This document shows positions 62,290 to 64,000 of a stretch of 64,000 nt of DNA, one piece after another; the stretch's first letter is position 1; the number at the start of each line of letters is the position of its first letter. The position numbers were made by a program, and so were the translations under genes. The DNA lies in IMG/VR virus record IMGVR_UViG_3300027819_000001, positions 1 to 64,000 of that record, one strand, 5' to 3'. Source of the DNA: a virus (taxonomy: Duplodnaviria > Caudoviricetes). The notes under the pieces were generated by a model, which saw nothing but the letters and a program-made list of their open reading frames with translations, made no database searches and was not told where the DNA came from.

Positions 62290-63791
62290 ATTCCACGACC
62301 ACCGTAACCGGTCCTGATGTCCAGGACTGCCCATTCCCGGCAGAAGCGGATAACCATAGGCCCGTAAAATCGACGCTAAGGCCCCTAAACGCCTCCGAGA
62401 GGCTTCCGCCGCACTCGATGGAGGCAGAACAAGGGATCCTTGGCTGCGTGCTCCTTGGAGGCGATTCTATGGGCCAATGCATCGAAGAGCTCCCGATGGG
62501 GGTGATGTCGTTCTACGACCTTCGTCACCAGCAGCTATTCGAGACCATGTCTGAAATGTATCAGGAACAGGTGCCGATTGATGCCATAACGGTTCAACAG
62601 AAGCTCCGGGACCAGGGTCAACTTGAGGCTGTGGGAGGACTTTCCTACCTGTTCAAGCTGACGGAGGCTGTTCCGAGTGCCACCCATATCGGTCATTACA
62701 TCGGGATTGTGGCTGAAAAGGCTATGCTCCGGGACATCGTTAGGGTGTGTACCGGGTGCGTTGCCAGGCTTTACGATCATGAGGATGAGCCAAGGGGTGT
62801 GTTGGAAGGGCTTGAGCGCGATGTGATGAAGATAGGGACGGCTTGCTCCGTAGGAGGGGTGAAACCGATCAAAGATCTGGTCCATGGCGCCATAAACGCC
62901 ATTGAGGATTGCCATCAAAAAGGGAAGATGCTCAGCGGATTGAGCACCGGGTTCATCGATTTCGACAAAATGACCAGGGGGTTGAAGGGGAACGAGTTCA
63001 TCGTCATCGCAGGTAGACCTTCGATGGGCAAGAGCAGTATCGCCATGAACATGGTAGAGCACATCGCCATCGACCAAGGTCAAGCGGTGGGGGTGTTCAG
63101 CCTGGAAATGAGCGCCGAATCCCTGGTTCTGAGAATGTTGTGCTCGCGCTCTAGGGTGAATCTGAACAATCTCCAGGACGGGTTCCTTCCAGATCGATAC
63201 TTTCCAAAGATCACCGGGGCGGCAGGGCAGCTAGCCAAGGCTCCGATCTTCATAGACGACACCGCCTCCATGACCGTGATGCAGCTTCGGGCAAAGTCTC
63301 ACCGGATGGTGGCACAGTACCGCATAAAGCTGATCGTGATCGATTACATCCAGTTGGTTAAGCCATCCAGGTCGGACGGAAAGATGGACCGTAACCGTGA
63401 GATCGGTGAGATTTCGGCTGGGATCAAAGCACTGTCCAAGGAACTGAACATTCCAGTGATTGCATTGAGCCAGTTGAATCGTGACGTTGAACGGGAGAAG
63501 AACAGGAAGCCGAAGCTCTCCGATCTCCGCGACTCCGGTTCCATAGAACAGGATGCTGACATTGTCTGCATGCTCTACAAACCGAACGAGCACGCAGAAG
63601 ACGGAGAATTATCCCGCGTATTCGAAGCCGTTCCAATCAATCTCCTGATCGCCAAACAACGAAACGGTCCGACCGGGGACGTTCATCTCACATTCCTCAA
63701 AGGATACACACGGTTCGAGAGCGCCGCCAAGGTGAGCAATGAGGACGTTCCTCCGGATGACCAATACACCATGCCATACCAAGAATCATGA
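62286..63791 (+). CDS. dnaB: DnaB replicative helicase
   Basis: PPHSMEAEQ, AGRPSMGKS, FSLEMS, VIDYIQL, LSQLNR, DLRDSGSIEQDAD, KQRNGPTG. Confidence 0.97.
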   Translation: MNSTTTVTGPDVQDCPFPAEADNHRPVKSTLRPLNASERLPPHSMEAEQGILGCVLLGGDSMGQCIEELPMGVMSFYDLRHQQLFETMSEMYQEQVPIDAITVQQKLRDQGQLEAVGGLSYLFKLTEAVPSATHIGHYIGIVAEKAMLRDIVRVCTGCVARLYDHEDEPRGVLEGLERDVMKIGTACSVGGVKPIKDLVHGAINAIEDCHQKGKMLSGLSTGFIDFDKMTRGLKGNEFIVIAGRPSMGKSSIAMNMVEHIAIDQGQAVGVFSLEMSAESLVLRMLCSRSRVNLNNLQDGFLPDRYFPKITGAAGQLAKAPIFIDDTASMTVMQLRAKSHRMVAQYRIKLIVIDYIQLVKPSRSDGKMDRNREIGEISAGIKALSKELNIPVIALSQLNRDVEREKNRKPKLSDLRDSGSIEQDADIVCMLYKPNEHAEDGELSRVFEAVPINLLIAKQRNGPTGDVHLTFLKGYTRFESAAKVSNEDVPPDDQYTMPYQES

Positions 63792-64000
63792 ATCCAGAAC
63801 TCGCAGAAATCTACCTCACCATGTCCCGCGTCCTGATCGATTGTGGTCCCGTCGTGATCGCCGGTGGTGCCGTCCGGGACACGTTGATGGGAGTAGAACC
63901 AAAGGATTACGACGTTTTCATACTGAACACCGACAAGGCAAAGGATGGAAAGACAATCGCGGAGAAGCTGGCCGTTGAATTCAAAACCGTGGAACCGAAG
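63788..64000 (+). CDS. Nucleotidyltransferase (CCA-adding/poly(A) polymerase head-like), 3'-truncated
   Basis: IAGGAVRDTLMG..PKDYDVF. Confidence 0.75.
   Translation, partial: MNPELAEIYLTMSRVLIDCGPVVIAGGAVRDTLMGVEPKDYDVFILNTDKAKDGKTIAEKLAVEFKTVEPK

Larger units (their letters stand above)
1..64000. mobile_element. Tailed dsDNA phage/prophage, podovirus-like, probably temperate; no host genes evident
   Basis: Terminase, portal, capsid, tail/ejection proteins, integrase, DnaB/DnaC-like replication module; dense ATGA-coupled operons. Confidence 0.95.

Noticed and set aside
1-64000. Diversity-generating retroelement, retron or IS element
   Set aside because: No reverse transcriptase, transposase or template/variable repeat pair seen

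Overview
The whole window is one tailed dsDNA phage, probably temperate since it encodes a tyrosine integrase. The layout is podovirus-like: portal, scaffold, major capsid, head-tail adaptor, tail-stabilisation protein, fibres and ejection proteins, with no tape measure or tail tube. Early and replication genes lie on + (55.7-64 kb, continuing 1-6.7 kb). Late genes lie on - (6.7-55.5 kb), except the large terminase, which alone sits on +. Most genes are coupled by ATGA/TGATG overlaps, which I used to refine starts and to find small ORFs and broken genes missing from the ORF track. The host cannot be determined here. Main points: (1) an ~11.5-kb cluster inside the virion operon with about 8 glycosyltransferase-like genes, 2 FkbM methyltransferases, a radical SAM/SPASM enzyme and a split TPP-dependent alpha/beta pair, a candidate virion-glycosylation system making a branched sugar; (2) a ~570-nt densely base-paired, pseudoknot-containing region with its own promoter inside that cluster, a candidate large ncRNA; (3) a head-tail adaptor fused to a purple-acid-phosphatase domain; (4) a non-canonical 73-nt tRNA-like element; (5) a shared motif before two distant recombination genes; (6) multibranch RNA leaders ending in U-tracts; (7) a lysis cassette with a Cys-peptidase-like candidate endolysin; (8) several lesions confined to accessory genes. 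All family assignments come from motif recognition and recall, not database searches.
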